Assembly (NCBI GenBank): GCA_044227045.1
Contig: JBGAFW010000037.1
Span: 1,129-65,128 of the forward strand
Length of the DNA: 64,000 nt
From: Labilithrix sp.
Lineage (GTDB): Bacteria; Myxococcota_A; Polyangia; Polyangiales; Polyangiaceae
Direction of reading: 5' to 3'
Part shown: positions 47,050 through 56,858 of the stretch, piece after piece
Position numbering within the stretch: the stretch's first letter is position 1
How the letters are laid out: the number at the start of each line of letters is the position of its first letter
The notes under the pieces: generated by a model
The model's database searches: none
Told to the model about the DNA's origin: nothing
What the model saw: the letters and a program-made list of their open reading frames with translations, nothing else
Made by a program: the position numbers and the translations under genes

Positions 47050-48621
47050 ATGAAGCCTCGTAGCATCGCCGTCACCCCAATGCCCCGATACGAATTCAAA
47101 GAAGGCACGTCTAGCAAGTTCTGGCAAATCGACCTCGACGGCACGGCGTTCACCACGACGTACGGCAAGATCGGAACGTCAGGGCAAACCTCTCTCAAGC
47201 AGTGGAAGGACGCCGCGACCGCGAAGAAGGAGTACGACAAGCTCATCGCCGAGAAGACGAAGAAGGGCTACTCGCTCGTTGGTGGCGGTGGCGGCAAGAC
47301 GGCCACGAACGGCGTCGGAAAGAAGACGAACGGTGCTGCTGCGGCCGCTGCTCCTGCTCCCGCGAAGAAGGCCACGAAGGTGGCAGCTGCGCCCGCCGCG
47401 AAGAAGCCCGCAGCCGCGAAGGGCAACGCTGCGCTCGAGAAGAAGATCGACGCCGAGCCCGACAACGACGACGCATGGGCGGTGTACACCGACTGGCTCG
47501 TCGAGCAGGGCGATCCGCGCGGCGAGCTCGGCGCAGTGCAGGAGCGACTGCGCACCGATCCGAAGAACAAGGAGCTCCTCAGCGCAGAGAAGAAGCTCTT
47601 CAAAGACCACGGCGACGCGCTCTTTGGCTCGCTCGTGAAGATGATGTGCAAGCCCGGCACGAAGGCGATCCCGAGCATCACGACACGCGAGCAGCTCGGA
47701 CCGGATGCGCGTAGCGACGACGGAAGCGCGCCGCCGCTCCGCCCGCGCTGGCGTGCGGGCTTCATCACGCACGCGTTCGTCGGCTATCCCGGCTACGACT
47801 GGGAGGGCGATGACGTCGACATCCCGAAGCTCCTCGAAGAGCTGATGACGAGCCCGACGGGTCGCTTTTTGACCAGCCTCAACATCGGCATGGCCAACAC
47901 GATGGATGACGGTGAGAACTACTACTCCGACATCATCAAGCGCCTCCTCAAGCTCGATGGCACGTCGCGTCTGCGCCGCCTCTACATCGGTGACGTCACC
48001 CAGGAAGAATGCGAGGTCTCGTGGATCGAGATCGGTGACGTCTCGAAGCTTTGGCCAAAGCTCTCGAAGCTCCAATCGCTCACGCTCCGTGGCGGAAGCG
48101 GCGTCAAGCTCGGCTCGATCGCGCTGCCTGAGCTTCGCGAGCTCACGATCATCACAGGTGGGCTCGATAAGAAGAACCTCGCCGCGATCTGCAATGCAAA
48201 GTGGCCAAAGCTCGAGAAGCTCGACTTGTGGTTTGGCGCGAAGAGCTATGGCGCGAATACGACGCTGAAGGATCTCAAGCCGATCTTCGACGGCAAGGCG
48301 TTCCCGAAGGTGAAGCACCTCGGCCTGAACAACTGCGAGTTTACCGACGAGATCGCGCAGCAGCTTCCGACGGCAAAGATCTTGAAGCAGCTCCAGGTGC
48401 TCGATCTCTCCGACGGCTGCATGACGGACGCCGGGGTCAAGGCGATGGCCGACGCGAAGGGTGCATTCCAGCATCTCGCTCGCCTCGATCTCTCGAACAA
48501 CTACCTCTCACCGGGGGAGCGCCTCTCGAGCACGCTGAACAAGCAGACGCGCTCGAAGCCCCAGCGCAAGCCCAGCGAGTACGACGGCGTGCAGCACCGC
48601 TACGTCTCACTCGGCGAGTAG
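47050..48621 (+). CDS. WGR domain + TIGR02996 + ribonuclease-inhibitor-type LRR protein
   Basis: Canonical WGR (YEFKEGTSSKFWQIDLDGTAFTTTYGKIGTSGQ...KKGY). AWAVYTDWLVEQGDPRGELGAVQ. LRRs (LDLSDGCMTDAGVKAMA...LDLSNNYL). Confidence 0.8.
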   Translation: MKPRSIAVTPMPRYEFKEGTSSKFWQIDLDGTAFTTTYGKIGTSGQTSLKQWKDAATAKKEYDKLIAEKTKKGYSLVGGGGGKTATNGVGKKTNGAAAAAAPAPAKKATKVAAAPAAKKPAAAKGNAALEKKIDAEPDNDDAWAVYTDWLVEQGDPRGELGAVQERLRTDPKNKELLSAEKKLFKDHGDALFGSLVKMMCKPGTKAIPSITTREQLGPDARSDDGSAPPLRPRWRAGFITHAFVGYPGYDWEGDDVDIPKLLEELMTSPTGRFLTSLNIGMANTMDDGENYYSDIIKRLLKLDGTSRLRRLYIGDVTQEECEVSWIEIGDVSKLWPKLSKLQSLTLRGGSGVKLGSIALPELRELTIITGGLDKKNLAAICNAKWPKLEKLDLWFGAKSYGANTTLKDLKPIFDGKAFPKVKHLGLNNCEFTDEIAQQLPTAKILKQLQVLDLSDGCMTDAGVKAMADAKGAFQHLARLDLSNNYLSPGERLSSTLNKQTRSKPQRKPSEYDGVQHRYVSLGE

Positions 48622-48704
48622 TCGCGCTTACGCCGATACGTTGAAACGCGAAACGAGGTTTGGGGTCTTCCCAAACCTCGTTTGCCTTAAGTGGTTTATC
48701 GGCG

Positions 48705-49490
48705 TCAGGGGGATGAGCGGCGAGCCGCGGACCCGCTCGCGGCAGGAGCCGAGGCGCTGGCGGCTGCGCCCGACGCGGGCTTCATGCTCGCGAGGAGCGC
48801 GTCGAGGTCGGCGCGCGCGTCGTGCACGGTCTTTGCCGGACCTGTCATCTTGAAGAAGTGAGGCATCCCCGGCGTCGCGACGATCGCGCCAAGGAGCGCC
48901 GTGCCGCTTTGCTCGCCGCCGCCGGGTGTCATGCCGCCGGAGAACGTGCCCTCGACCTCGACGATCGTGACGTCGAGCCCAGCGACCTTCTTCTTCGTCT
49001 GCTTGGCGCCTTTCTGCGAGGCCGCGTCGAATTGGCCGATCCAGCGATCGACGTTGGCTTGGACCGAGCCGCCGGCCTGCGTCACCGACACCTCCGCGTC
49101 TGCGCTGTCGCCTTCGGACCGCGGGACCTTGTAGGTCGCGATCCGCATCGTGCTCGGGTTGGGGACGACCTTCCACTTCGAGGGGACCTTCCACTCGAGG
49201 GACGCAGGTTCCTTGTCGGCGCCGCCGCCCATGTCCGTCGCCGGAGGCGCGTTCGGATCGATCGCGGGGTGTCCTTTGGGGAGATCGCCCGTGCTCGGCC
49301 CTCCCGCGTTCGTTGGGTCGCGTGGAAGAGAAACGGGCGGAATGTCATCAGCGCGGGGATCCGACGTGATCGCGCCTGAAGACGATGACGCGCTCGAACC
49401 TCCGGTCGAACGGCCGGCGGCAAACGCGCCGGCGCCGACGATCGCGCTGACGATGAAGAGCGTGGAGAGGCTTACGCGAGTATCCTTCAT
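48705..49490 (-). CDS. secreted Ser/Gly/Pro-rich protein, unknown function
   Basis: Internal ATG at 49490 (MKDTRVSLSTLFIVSAIVGAGAFAAG signal peptide). The upstream extension is discounted. Confidence 0.45.
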   Translation of the reverse strand: MKDTRVSLSTLFIVSAIVGAGAFAAGRSTGGSSASSSSGAITSDPRADDIPPVSLPRDPTNAGGPSTGDLPKGHPAIDPNAPPATDMGGGADKEPASLEWKVPSKWKVVPNPSTMRIATYKVPRSEGDSADAEVSVTQAGGSVQANVDRWIGQFDAASQKGAKQTKKKVAGLDVTIVEVEGTFSGGMTPGGGEQSGTALLGAIVATPGMPHFFKMTGPAKTVHDARADLDALLASMKPASGAAASASAPAASGSAARRSSP

Positions 49491-49557
49491 TCGAGTGGCC
49501 GGAAGCCTAGTGCCGTGCCCGCGAGCCCGAAAGGAGATAGTTTGGGGCCGCACGAAG

Positions 49558-50700
49558 ATGGCCGCCACACGCAAGAAGACATCGGCGAAGAACGCGAACG
49601 AGACGCCAAAGTCCGACGTCACGACCGCCGGTGAGGTCGCCAGCCCCACCCTCGAGAAGAAGCTCCTCGCCGACATCTTCGCTGCGCCGGACGACGACGC
49701 CCCACGGCTCGTTTACGCCGATTGGCTCCTCGAGCATGGCGATGCAGAGCGCGGCGAGCTGATCCAGATCCAGTGCGCGCTCGGTCGGCCTGCGATCGGG
49801 GCAAAGGCTCATCCACATCGCTTGCACCCCGACGCGAAGAACCCGCCCACGCGCGAAGAGCTCGAGGCGCGAGAGAAGAAGCTGCTTCAAAAGCATCAGA
49901 AGGCGTGGCTCGTGCCGATTCGTCCCTTCATTCGCGTGTGGACGTGGCGTCGCGGCTTCGTCGACACCGTGGAGGCCGACGGCGCGACGTTCCTCAAAGG
50001 CGCTGCGACGGTCTTCCCGCACACACCGCTCACGCGCGCCGAGCTAACGGGGATGAAGAAGGAGCAGCTCGAGCTCATTCCGAAGACACCCGAGCTCCTT
50101 CACTTGCCGGAGCTCTCGCTGTCGCAACAGCGTATTGGTCCCAAACAAGCGCATATCTTCTTGACGCCTTATCTGAAGAACGTGCGCTCACTATTCCTTT
50201 ATCGAAATCCGCTCGGCGACGAAGGTGTCACGACGCTCGCGTCCGCCGAGCACCTCGGCGCGCTACGTGTGCTGAGCATCCCGTGCTGCGGAGCGATGGC
50301 GCCGGGGCTCGAGGCGCTGTCGACGTCCACATTCTTTCCTCGGCTCACGACGCTCATCGCAGACGCCGAGTATGCCTACCAGGATCCCGAGAGCGTCGCT
50401 GTCCCGCAGGCGGTCGACTTCTTCGTACGCGGCGAGTCCCTCGTCGTGCTCTCCCTCCAGCGACTCCGCGTGGGTGACGCTGGCGCCAAGCAGATCGCGT
50501 CTGCGGCGTCCCTCTCGAAGCTCGAGACCCTCGACCTCCGAAGCAACGATGTCGGTGATGAAGGAGCGATGGCCCTCGCGAGGTCGCCCCATCTGAAGAG
50601 CCTGAAGACCGTACGCGGCGTCTTGCCCGACATCGACGAGCCGATCACCGCCGGCTTCCAAGCGCTCCAAGAGCGCCTGGGCACCGACAACGTGACGTGA
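49558..50700 (+). CDS. TIGR02996 + LRR (RI-type) protein
   Basis: ATG 49558 (MAATRKK...). PRLVYADWLLEHGDAERGELIQIQ. LRRs LDLRSNDVGDEGAMALARSPHLKSL. The upstream part of ORF 49150.. is antisense to the neighbouring gene. Confidence 0.7.
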   Translation: MAATRKKTSAKNANETPKSDVTTAGEVASPTLEKKLLADIFAAPDDDAPRLVYADWLLEHGDAERGELIQIQCALGRPAIGAKAHPHRLHPDAKNPPTREELEAREKKLLQKHQKAWLVPIRPFIRVWTWRRGFVDTVEADGATFLKGAATVFPHTPLTRAELTGMKKEQLELIPKTPELLHLPELSLSQQRIGPKQAHIFLTPYLKNVRSLFLYRNPLGDEGVTTLASAEHLGALRVLSIPCCGAMAPGLEALSTSTFFPRLTTLIADAEYAYQDPESVAVPQAVDFFVRGESLVVLSLQRLRVGDAGAKQIASAASLSKLETLDLRSNDVGDEGAMALARSPHLKSLKTVRGVLPDIDEPITAGFQALQERLGTDNVT

Positions 50701-50740
50701 GCCTGGCTTGCGCGAATGCGAATACGGGGGAGGCCGCGCG

Positions 50741-52096
50741 CTATTTTTCGGTCGCCGTGGCGTTCTTTTGGCGGATGCCGGACTCGCGGACCATTTGCTC
50801 GAGATCGCTGAAGCGTTGCGCGAGGGCGCGGACGAGGGCGCCGCTCCAGCCGGAGAGGCCGAGGCCCTCGTTCATCGTCGCGGCGTCGAGCACGAGGACA
50901 GTGACGGCTTCGAGCGCGACGACGCTGGCCGCGCGAGGCTCGTAGAGGATGAGCGCCATCTCGCCGAACACGTCTCCGGGCTCCATCGTGGCGAGCGTCT
51001 CTTCGCCGCCGTTCTCCGTCTTGCGGAATGCGCGGCATCGACCGGCGATGATCATGTACGCGGCGTCGCCCTTCTCGCCCTCGCGGACGATGAGCTCGCC
51101 GGGTGCAAACGCCTTTCGCGGTAGGTGCAGGCCTCCGTGAAGGAAGGCGCGCATCGCCTCCTGCATCTCGCGGATGTTCTGGTAGCGCTTCGCCGGATCG
51201 ATCTGCGTCGCTTTCTCGACGATCGCGCGGATGCGTCGCGAGACGCCGATATGCGCGCACGCTTCGTCGATCGACATGACCTGTCCTTCGGCGGCGCGCT
51301 TCAAGATGACGTTGCCGTCGCGATCGTAGCCGTAGGGGCACTGGCCGCTGAGGATCTCGAAGAGCAGCGCACCCACGCCAAAGACGTCCGAGCGCTCGTC
51401 GACGTCCTTCGGGTTGCCACGTGCCTGTTCGGGCGCCATGTAGTCGGGCGTGCCGACGGGGCCTGGCGCATTCATGAGGGCGCCTTCACCCGATTGAGGC
51501 TGCGAGCGAATGAGCTTCGCGAGGCCCCAATCCATCAGGTAGACCTGTCCGAAGTCGCCGACCATGATGTTCGCGGGCTTGAGATCGCGGTGAACGACCC
51601 CGCGATGGTGCGCGTAGGCGACCGCGTCACAGACCTTGAGGAGGATCTCGATGCCTCCTTCGATGCGCTCGATCGTCCCCGGCTGGCGCTGCGCGAGCCA
51701 GCGATCGAACGAGACTCCTTGAACGAGCTTCATCGTGAAATACGGAATGCCGTTCGGATCGATCGAGAGCTCGTGCACCGGGACGATGTTCGGGTGCTCG
51801 AGCTGCCCGGTCATCTGCGCCTCGGCGATGAAGGCGTCGCGGTAGAACGTCTTCGTCGCGTACGCCTTGTCGAGACGCTTGAGCGCGACCTGACGGAGGA
51901 GATTGCGATCGACCGCAGGGTGGACATGGCCCATCCCTCCACGAGCGAGCTCGTTCCCGAGCAAGAGATGAGAGGGCGTCGGGATTTTTTCTCCTGCGAT
52001 GAGCTGCGGCGCGAGCGGAGACGTGCCTGGCACGGGCACTTGCTCGATCACACGAACAGGGGCGACTTCCGGCTCGACGGAGAAGGGATTTTTCAC
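50741..52096 (-). CDS. Ser/Thr protein kinase fused to C-terminal cyclic-nucleotide-binding domain
   Basis: HRDLKPANIMV...DWGLAK...TPDYMAPE. cNMP segment GELIVREGEKGDAAYMIIAGRCRAF...GDVFGEMALI...RAASVVA. Confidence 0.85.
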   Translation of the reverse strand: MKNPFSVEPEVAPVRVIEQVPVPGTSPLAPQLIAGEKIPTPSHLLLGNELARGGMGHVHPAVDRNLLRQVALKRLDKAYATKTFYRDAFIAEAQMTGQLEHPNIVPVHELSIDPNGIPYFTMKLVQGVSFDRWLAQRQPGTIERIEGGIEILLKVCDAVAYAHHRGVVHRDLKPANIMVGDFGQVYLMDWGLAKLIRSQPQSGEGALMNAPGPVGTPDYMAPEQARGNPKDVDERSDVFGVGALLFEILSGQCPYGYDRDGNVILKRAAEGQVMSIDEACAHIGVSRRIRAIVEKATQIDPAKRYQNIREMQEAMRAFLHGGLHLPRKAFAPGELIVREGEKGDAAYMIIAGRCRAFRKTENGGEETLATMEPGDVFGEMALILYEPRAASVVALEAVTVLVLDAATMNEGLGLSGWSGALVRALAQRFSDLEQMVRESGIRQKNATATEK

Positions 52097-52219
52097 GGTG
52101 TACGAGTCTCCAGTTCTTTCTGCATTCTCACCCCCGAAGGGGATCGAGGTCCATGCTCGATTGGTTGGGTCGCGGACGGGAGATTTGCCGGTTTGGGCTG
52201 GCCGTGCCCCACGTCGCCT

Positions 52220-53356
52220 CTACAAAAACGCAGGGGTGGGCAAGGGCGCGAACGTGATGTCCGCGCGGACGCCGCGGGAGTCCGCCTCCTCTCGCAGCGC
52301 CTTCATCGACCTGCCTGGCGCCTCGATCACCTGAACTTGCGGCAGGTTCCTCGCGATGCCCGAGACCGTATCCATCACGCTCACGACATTTCGGATCGCG
52401 ACGGTGGTCACGTTGGGGAACGCGGCGATGTAGGCGTGATTCACGCTCCCCCAACCGAGCAGCTCGACGCGCCTCAGCGCGGGAAGCGAGACTCCGCCGT
52501 CGACGAGCGCTTGCCCATCGGTGACGGAGAGCGACTCGACATGCGGCAGCGACAGACCCTTGGCGTCGAGGCTGCTCCACCCGATCGACAGCTCACGGAG
52601 GTTCTCGAGCACGTTCAGCCGCGCGAGCTTCAGGCGGGCGCTGCCGGTGCCAGGCTCGATCGTGAGCGAGCGAAGCGCGCGCGGCCTCAGGTCGGCGAAG
52701 GCGAGCGAGCAATCGGTGTACGCGCTCGCTGGGAACGCGAGCTGCGTGATGAAGCGACCGACGGGCAACGACAGCAGCGCGCCGACGAGCTCGCCTTGGG
52801 ACACGCCGAGCTCTTTGGGACCGCTTCGGATGCGCGCCGATTGCACGAGCCCGCGGCGCCACGTCAAGGTCAGCCTCTTGAGGTGCTTCGACACCTCGCC
52901 GAAGAGCCCATCGTCGTGGTCATCGCGCCACGCCGCGATCGTCGTCGCGAGGTCATTCGCTTTTGCGGTGTCTCCCGCAAGGACAGCGTCCTCGTGCGCG
53001 AGCGACAGTGTGATCAGCTCACCAAGCTCGTCGCCGTGCTCTTGAAGCCAATCGGCGTAGACCACGAACGGCTCGAGGTCGTCGGGTGACCTCGCGATCG
53101 CCTCCTCGAGCCCACGCACCTCGGGGCTCGACCGTCCGCGTGGGAGCGTCTTGGCCGGGAGCCAACCCTTCTTGAGACGCTGCGCGATGAGTCGGTTCGC
53201 CTCGACCTGCGCGAGCTCGAACGTCGCGAGCTTCTTCGTGCGCTCCTTTCCGTTCGTGCCCGCGAGGCCGTCGTGAATGAGCAGCTCTCCGTCGTCACCA
53301 ACGTGGATCGCCCAGAACGCAATTCCACGTGACTCCTTCTTCTCGTACCGTGGCAT
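52220..53356 (-). CDS. WGR-like + TIGR02996 + LRR protein (paralog)
   Basis: FWAIHVGDDGELLIHDGLAGTNGKERTKK...KKGW (WGR-like). PFVVYADWLQEHGDELGELITLS. LRR-like C-terminus. Confidence 0.75.
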   Translation of the reverse strand: MPRYEKKESRGIAFWAIHVGDDGELLIHDGLAGTNGKERTKKLATFELAQVEANRLIAQRLKKGWLPAKTLPRGRSSPEVRGLEEAIARSPDDLEPFVVYADWLQEHGDELGELITLSLAHEDAVLAGDTAKANDLATTIAAWRDDHDDGLFGEVSKHLKRLTLTWRRGLVQSARIRSGPKELGVSQGELVGALLSLPVGRFITQLAFPASAYTDCSLAFADLRPRALRSLTIEPGTGSARLKLARLNVLENLRELSIGWSSLDAKGLSLPHVESLSVTDGQALVDGGVSLPALRRVELLGWGSVNHAYIAAFPNVTTVAIRNVVSVMDTVSGIARNLPQVQVIEAPGRSMKALREEADSRGVRADITFAPLPTPAFL

Positions 53357-53433
53357 TTCTGCACCGATGCTAACGTCTCTTCGGCCCGATCCGAGCGTGC
53401 GAAGATCATGAGCCTCACGAGCGTAGAAACATC

Positions 53434-55620
53434 ATGAGCGTGGTTCTTCGAACGAGAGCACCTCTATCGCTCGCGATCTTGGGCCTCGCCATGGCCGTCA
53501 CGCCGATGACGACCGCCTGCGGTGACGACGACGACGCAGGCCCAGAAGTTGCGAGCGCTCCTTACGGGCTCGACGCGCGCCCGCCGAACCCCACGTGCCG
53601 CGCTCCCCAACGCTTGATCGATCCCGATGGTGTGGCGTTCGAGTCGGCCTTCGACGCGCTCACGTTCACCGAGCCGGTGCAGATGCTGATCGATCCGCGC
53701 GACAACCAGCGCGTGTACGTGCTCGAGCGCGCAGGCTTGGTGAAGGTGTTCTCGAACGTCAAAGAGGTGAAGGAAGCGACCGTCTTCATCGACATCAAGA
53801 CCGACGTAAACTCGCAGTACCAGGAGTCGGGTTTGCTCGGGATGGCGTTCGACCCGGACTACGAGGTCAACCACTACGTCTACCTCTCGTACACTGGCTT
53901 CGGCGGCGGTCCGGTCGATCTCGGCTCGCTCATCGTTCGCTACGAGACGAAGGACGACGGGCTCACGCTCGACCCCTCGACGAAGGAGGTCGTCTTCGGG
54001 CCGCTCGTGCAGCCCTTCGAGAACCACAACGGCGGTCACATCGTCTTTGGTCCCGACGGCAACCTCTACTTCGGCCTCGGCGACGGTGGCGACGGCGGCG
54101 ATCCCAAGGGCAACGGTCAGAACCGTGATGTGCTCTTTGGCAAGCTCCTACGCATCAACGTCAAGACACTGCCGTACACGATCCCCGAGGACAATCCGTT
54201 CGCGAACGGTGGCGGCCAGAAAGAGATTTACGCATACGGGTTTCGCAATCCCTGGCGTTTTCAATTCGACAAAGCGAACGGCGACCTCTGGCTCGGCGAT
54301 GTTGGTGAAGACACCGAAGAAGAGATCGATAAAGTCGTCTTGGGCGGCAACTACGGATGGAACGTCAAAGAGGGAAAGGGCTGCCTCGAAGGGCGGCCCT
54401 GCGACGGCACGGGTCTCATCGATCCGATTGTCTCGTATGGCCACGATGAGGGGCTCTCGGTCGTAGGGGGCTTCGTTTATCACGGTACGGCGATTCCCCA
54501 TTTGGCCAGTGCGTATATCTATGGCGATACGATCAGCGGCTCGATCTGGGCGCTGTTTCCCAATAGCCCGACGCCGAGGCTCCTCAATCCCGGTGGTCCA
54601 AGCCCCACGGTCGTATCCTTTGCGCAAGACGGTGACGGCGAGCTCTATGTCGTGAGTATCGGCAATGGGAAGATCTTCAAGCTCGTCGTCCCCGATCCCG
54701 CGAGCTCGACGAAGTTCCCAAAGACGCTGACCGCGACGGGATGCTTCGACCCTGCCGACGCCACCAAGCTGAGCGCGGCGCTGATCCCCTACGACGTCAA
54801 CAGCCCGCTCTGGTCCGACGGCGCGCGGAAGGAGCGCTTCTTCGCGATCCCGGACGGGAAGAAGATCGACGTCGACCCGGACGGTGACCTCGAGCTCCCG
54901 GAGGGAAGCGTCGCCGTGAAGACGTTCTTCCTCGGCGACAAGCGCGTGGAGACGCGTCTCTTCGTTCACCACGAGGATGGCGGCTGGGGCGGATACACCT
55001 ACGAGTGGAACGACGCGCAGACCGACGCGACGCTCCTCTCCACGAACAAGACGAAGCGCATCGGCGACCGCGACTGGTACTTCCCATCGCGAGGCGAATG
55101 CTTTCGCTGCCACACCGAAGGTGCAGGCCGCACGCTCGGCCTCGAGATCGGCCAGCTCAACGGAGACTTCGTCTACACCTCGACGAGCCGCCGCTCGAAC
55201 CAGGTCGAGACGCTCGCCCATCTCGAGATGTTCTCGACGCCGCAGTCACGGGCCGGAAAAGTGATCCCGAAGCCCACCGACGAGGCCATCTCCGTCAACG
55301 ACCGAGCGCGCGCGTATCTCCACTCGAACTGCTCGATCTGCCATCGCCCAGGCGGGATTTCCCAGGGCGGAATGGACTTCCGCTACGACACACCGTTCCG
55401 CGAGATGAAGATCTGCAACGTCGAGCCTTCGCACGGCACGCTCGACGTCGCCGGCGCGAAGATCCTCGCGGCGGGCGATCCCGCGAAGTCGATCATGTCG
55501 GTGCGCACGCACGCGGCGGAGAAGAACCGCATGCCGCCCGTGGCGTCGCGGATCGTCGACGATGAGGGGACGAAGCTCCTCGATGAGTGGATCCGCGAGA
55601 CGACGACCTGCCCGCCCTGA
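53434..55620 (+). CDS. PQQ-dependent sugar dehydrogenase (GSDH/YliI-type beta-propeller) lipoprotein fused to C-terminal dihaem cytochrome c domain
   Basis: Lipobox TTAC. HNGGHIVFGPDGNLYFGLGDGG...NYGWN propeller motifs. Two CxxCH motifs (GECFRCH, NCSICH). Confidence 0.75.
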   Translation: MSVVLRTRAPLSLAILGLAMAVTPMTTACGDDDDAGPEVASAPYGLDARPPNPTCRAPQRLIDPDGVAFESAFDALTFTEPVQMLIDPRDNQRVYVLERAGLVKVFSNVKEVKEATVFIDIKTDVNSQYQESGLLGMAFDPDYEVNHYVYLSYTGFGGGPVDLGSLIVRYETKDDGLTLDPSTKEVVFGPLVQPFENHNGGHIVFGPDGNLYFGLGDGGDGGDPKGNGQNRDVLFGKLLRINVKTLPYTIPEDNPFANGGGQKEIYAYGFRNPWRFQFDKANGDLWLGDVGEDTEEEIDKVVLGGNYGWNVKEGKGCLEGRPCDGTGLIDPIVSYGHDEGLSVVGGFVYHGTAIPHLASAYIYGDTISGSIWALFPNSPTPRLLNPGGPSPTVVSFAQDGDGELYVVSIGNGKIFKLVVPDPASSTKFPKTLTATGCFDPADATKLSAALIPYDVNSPLWSDGARKERFFAIPDGKKIDVDPDGDLELPEGSVAVKTFFLGDKRVETRLFVHHEDGGWGGYTYEWNDAQTDATLLSTNKTKRIGDRDWYFPSRGECFRCHTEGAGRTLGLEIGQLNGDFVYTSTSRRSNQVETLAHLEMFSTPQSRAGKVIPKPTDEAISVNDRARAYLHSNCSICHRPGGISQGGMDFRYDTPFREMKICNVEPSHGTLDVAGAKILAAGDPAKSIMSVRTHAAEKNRMPPVASRIVDDEGTKLLDEWIRETTTCPP

Positions 55621-55629
55621 ACGACAGGG

Positions 55630-56808
55630 CTATTCGTACATCACGTATTCGGGCTCGGGCGTCAGCGCGAGCACCTCTTCCGGGCTCATCAGCTTGCCGC
55701 CGTTCGTCGTGTCTTCGTCGAAGAACAACTTGAAGCCTGCGTGGACGGACGACGGCATCGTCTTGATCAAGAAGTTGTACGTCTTGATCTTCGCGCCCTT
55801 CGGGCCGAGCCCGTCGACGCTCTTGACGAAGGCGACGCCCGGATGCGTCGTAATGACCGACTCGTCTTTGACGACGTGGCCGTTCACCTGATGAAACACG
55901 ATCGCCTTCTCGGGGAGATCGTGCGTCTTCACGATTTCAGCGAGGTAGTCGGCGACTTCGTTGATCGCGGCGCCCGTGGTCTGCCCGAACACCGCGCCAG
56001 CCTTCTGCTTACCCTTCATTTGCCATTCGGGGTCGAGCGCGAGGCCGACATCGGGTTGCCGGAGGTATTTGTCGAAGTGCTTTGCCTCGGTCAGGAAATC
56101 CGAATGACCCGGCTGAATGTTGAGTAGCAACAATCCCTTTGCGGCGCGTGCAGCCTGCAAATACTCATCCACCACAGAATCGGGGACGCGACGGCGCGAT
56201 TTGCCATCCGCGCCGGGCGCGCCTTGCACCACGACGGCGATCAGCTCGAGCACCGGCATGATCTTTCGCGAGCTGCGGTCTGCGTACTTGTCGGCAAAGC
56301 TCTGCATCTGCTTTGTCTTCGCGGGCAGGTTGCCGGCGAGTCGGCCGAGGGCAGGAGCTCCGGGCGTTCCGCAGAAGCCCACCATGCGATACGCCGGAAA
56401 GAGCTCACGACCACCACGCGGTAGCTCGGGGCGATTCACGACCGGAGGCTTCTCCGTGGAGGACGCCCCCGAGCTGCTCGACGCGGACGGGGCCGGCTCG
56501 CTTCCAAACGCGCCCGCCGACGAGGAGGACGACGTGGGCGTCGGGGCGATCTTCGCGTTCTTGGAGTCCGGCGCCGCGGCTGCCGTCACGGGCGTCTTCT
56601 TCGGAGGCGCGGGCTGTTGCCCCTTGCGCGCATCCGCCACGCCGCGGCACTGAATGCACGCCATCGCGATCACGAATGCACCGGCGAGGCGCCAAGAGCG
56701 AACCGAAGAGGGACTCAAGACCGCGACTTCGTAGCTCGTGATACGCGAGAAACCAAGCGTAGGATCCATCCCACACCTGAACGTCTGTGCTTCGTTTCGC
56801 TTGAACAT
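55630..56808 (-). CDS. lipoprotein, unknown function
   Basis: The start is ambiguous (ATG 56808 MFKRN... or ATG 56769 MDPTLG..., the latter with AGGTG upstream). Lipobox IAMAC. Ser-rich linker. Confidence 0.5.
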   Translation of the reverse strand: MFKRNEAQTFRCGMDPTLGFSRITSYEVAVLSPSSVRSWRLAGAFVIAMACIQCRGVADARKGQQPAPPKKTPVTAAAAPDSKNAKIAPTPTSSSSSAGAFGSEPAPSASSSSGASSTEKPPVVNRPELPRGGRELFPAYRMVGFCGTPGAPALGRLAGNLPAKTKQMQSFADKYADRSSRKIMPVLELIAVVVQGAPGADGKSRRRVPDSVVDEYLQAARAAKGLLLLNIQPGHSDFLTEAKHFDKYLRQPDVGLALDPEWQMKGKQKAGAVFGQTTGAAINEVADYLAEIVKTHDLPEKAIVFHQVNGHVVKDESVITTHPGVAFVKSVDGLGPKGAKIKTYNFLIKTMPSSVHAGFKLFFDEDTTNGGKLMSPEEVLALTPEPEYVMYE

Positions 56809-56858
56809 GTTGGAAACGCGGGGAACTTTCGGACCACAAAAGACGTCGCTCCTCCCGA

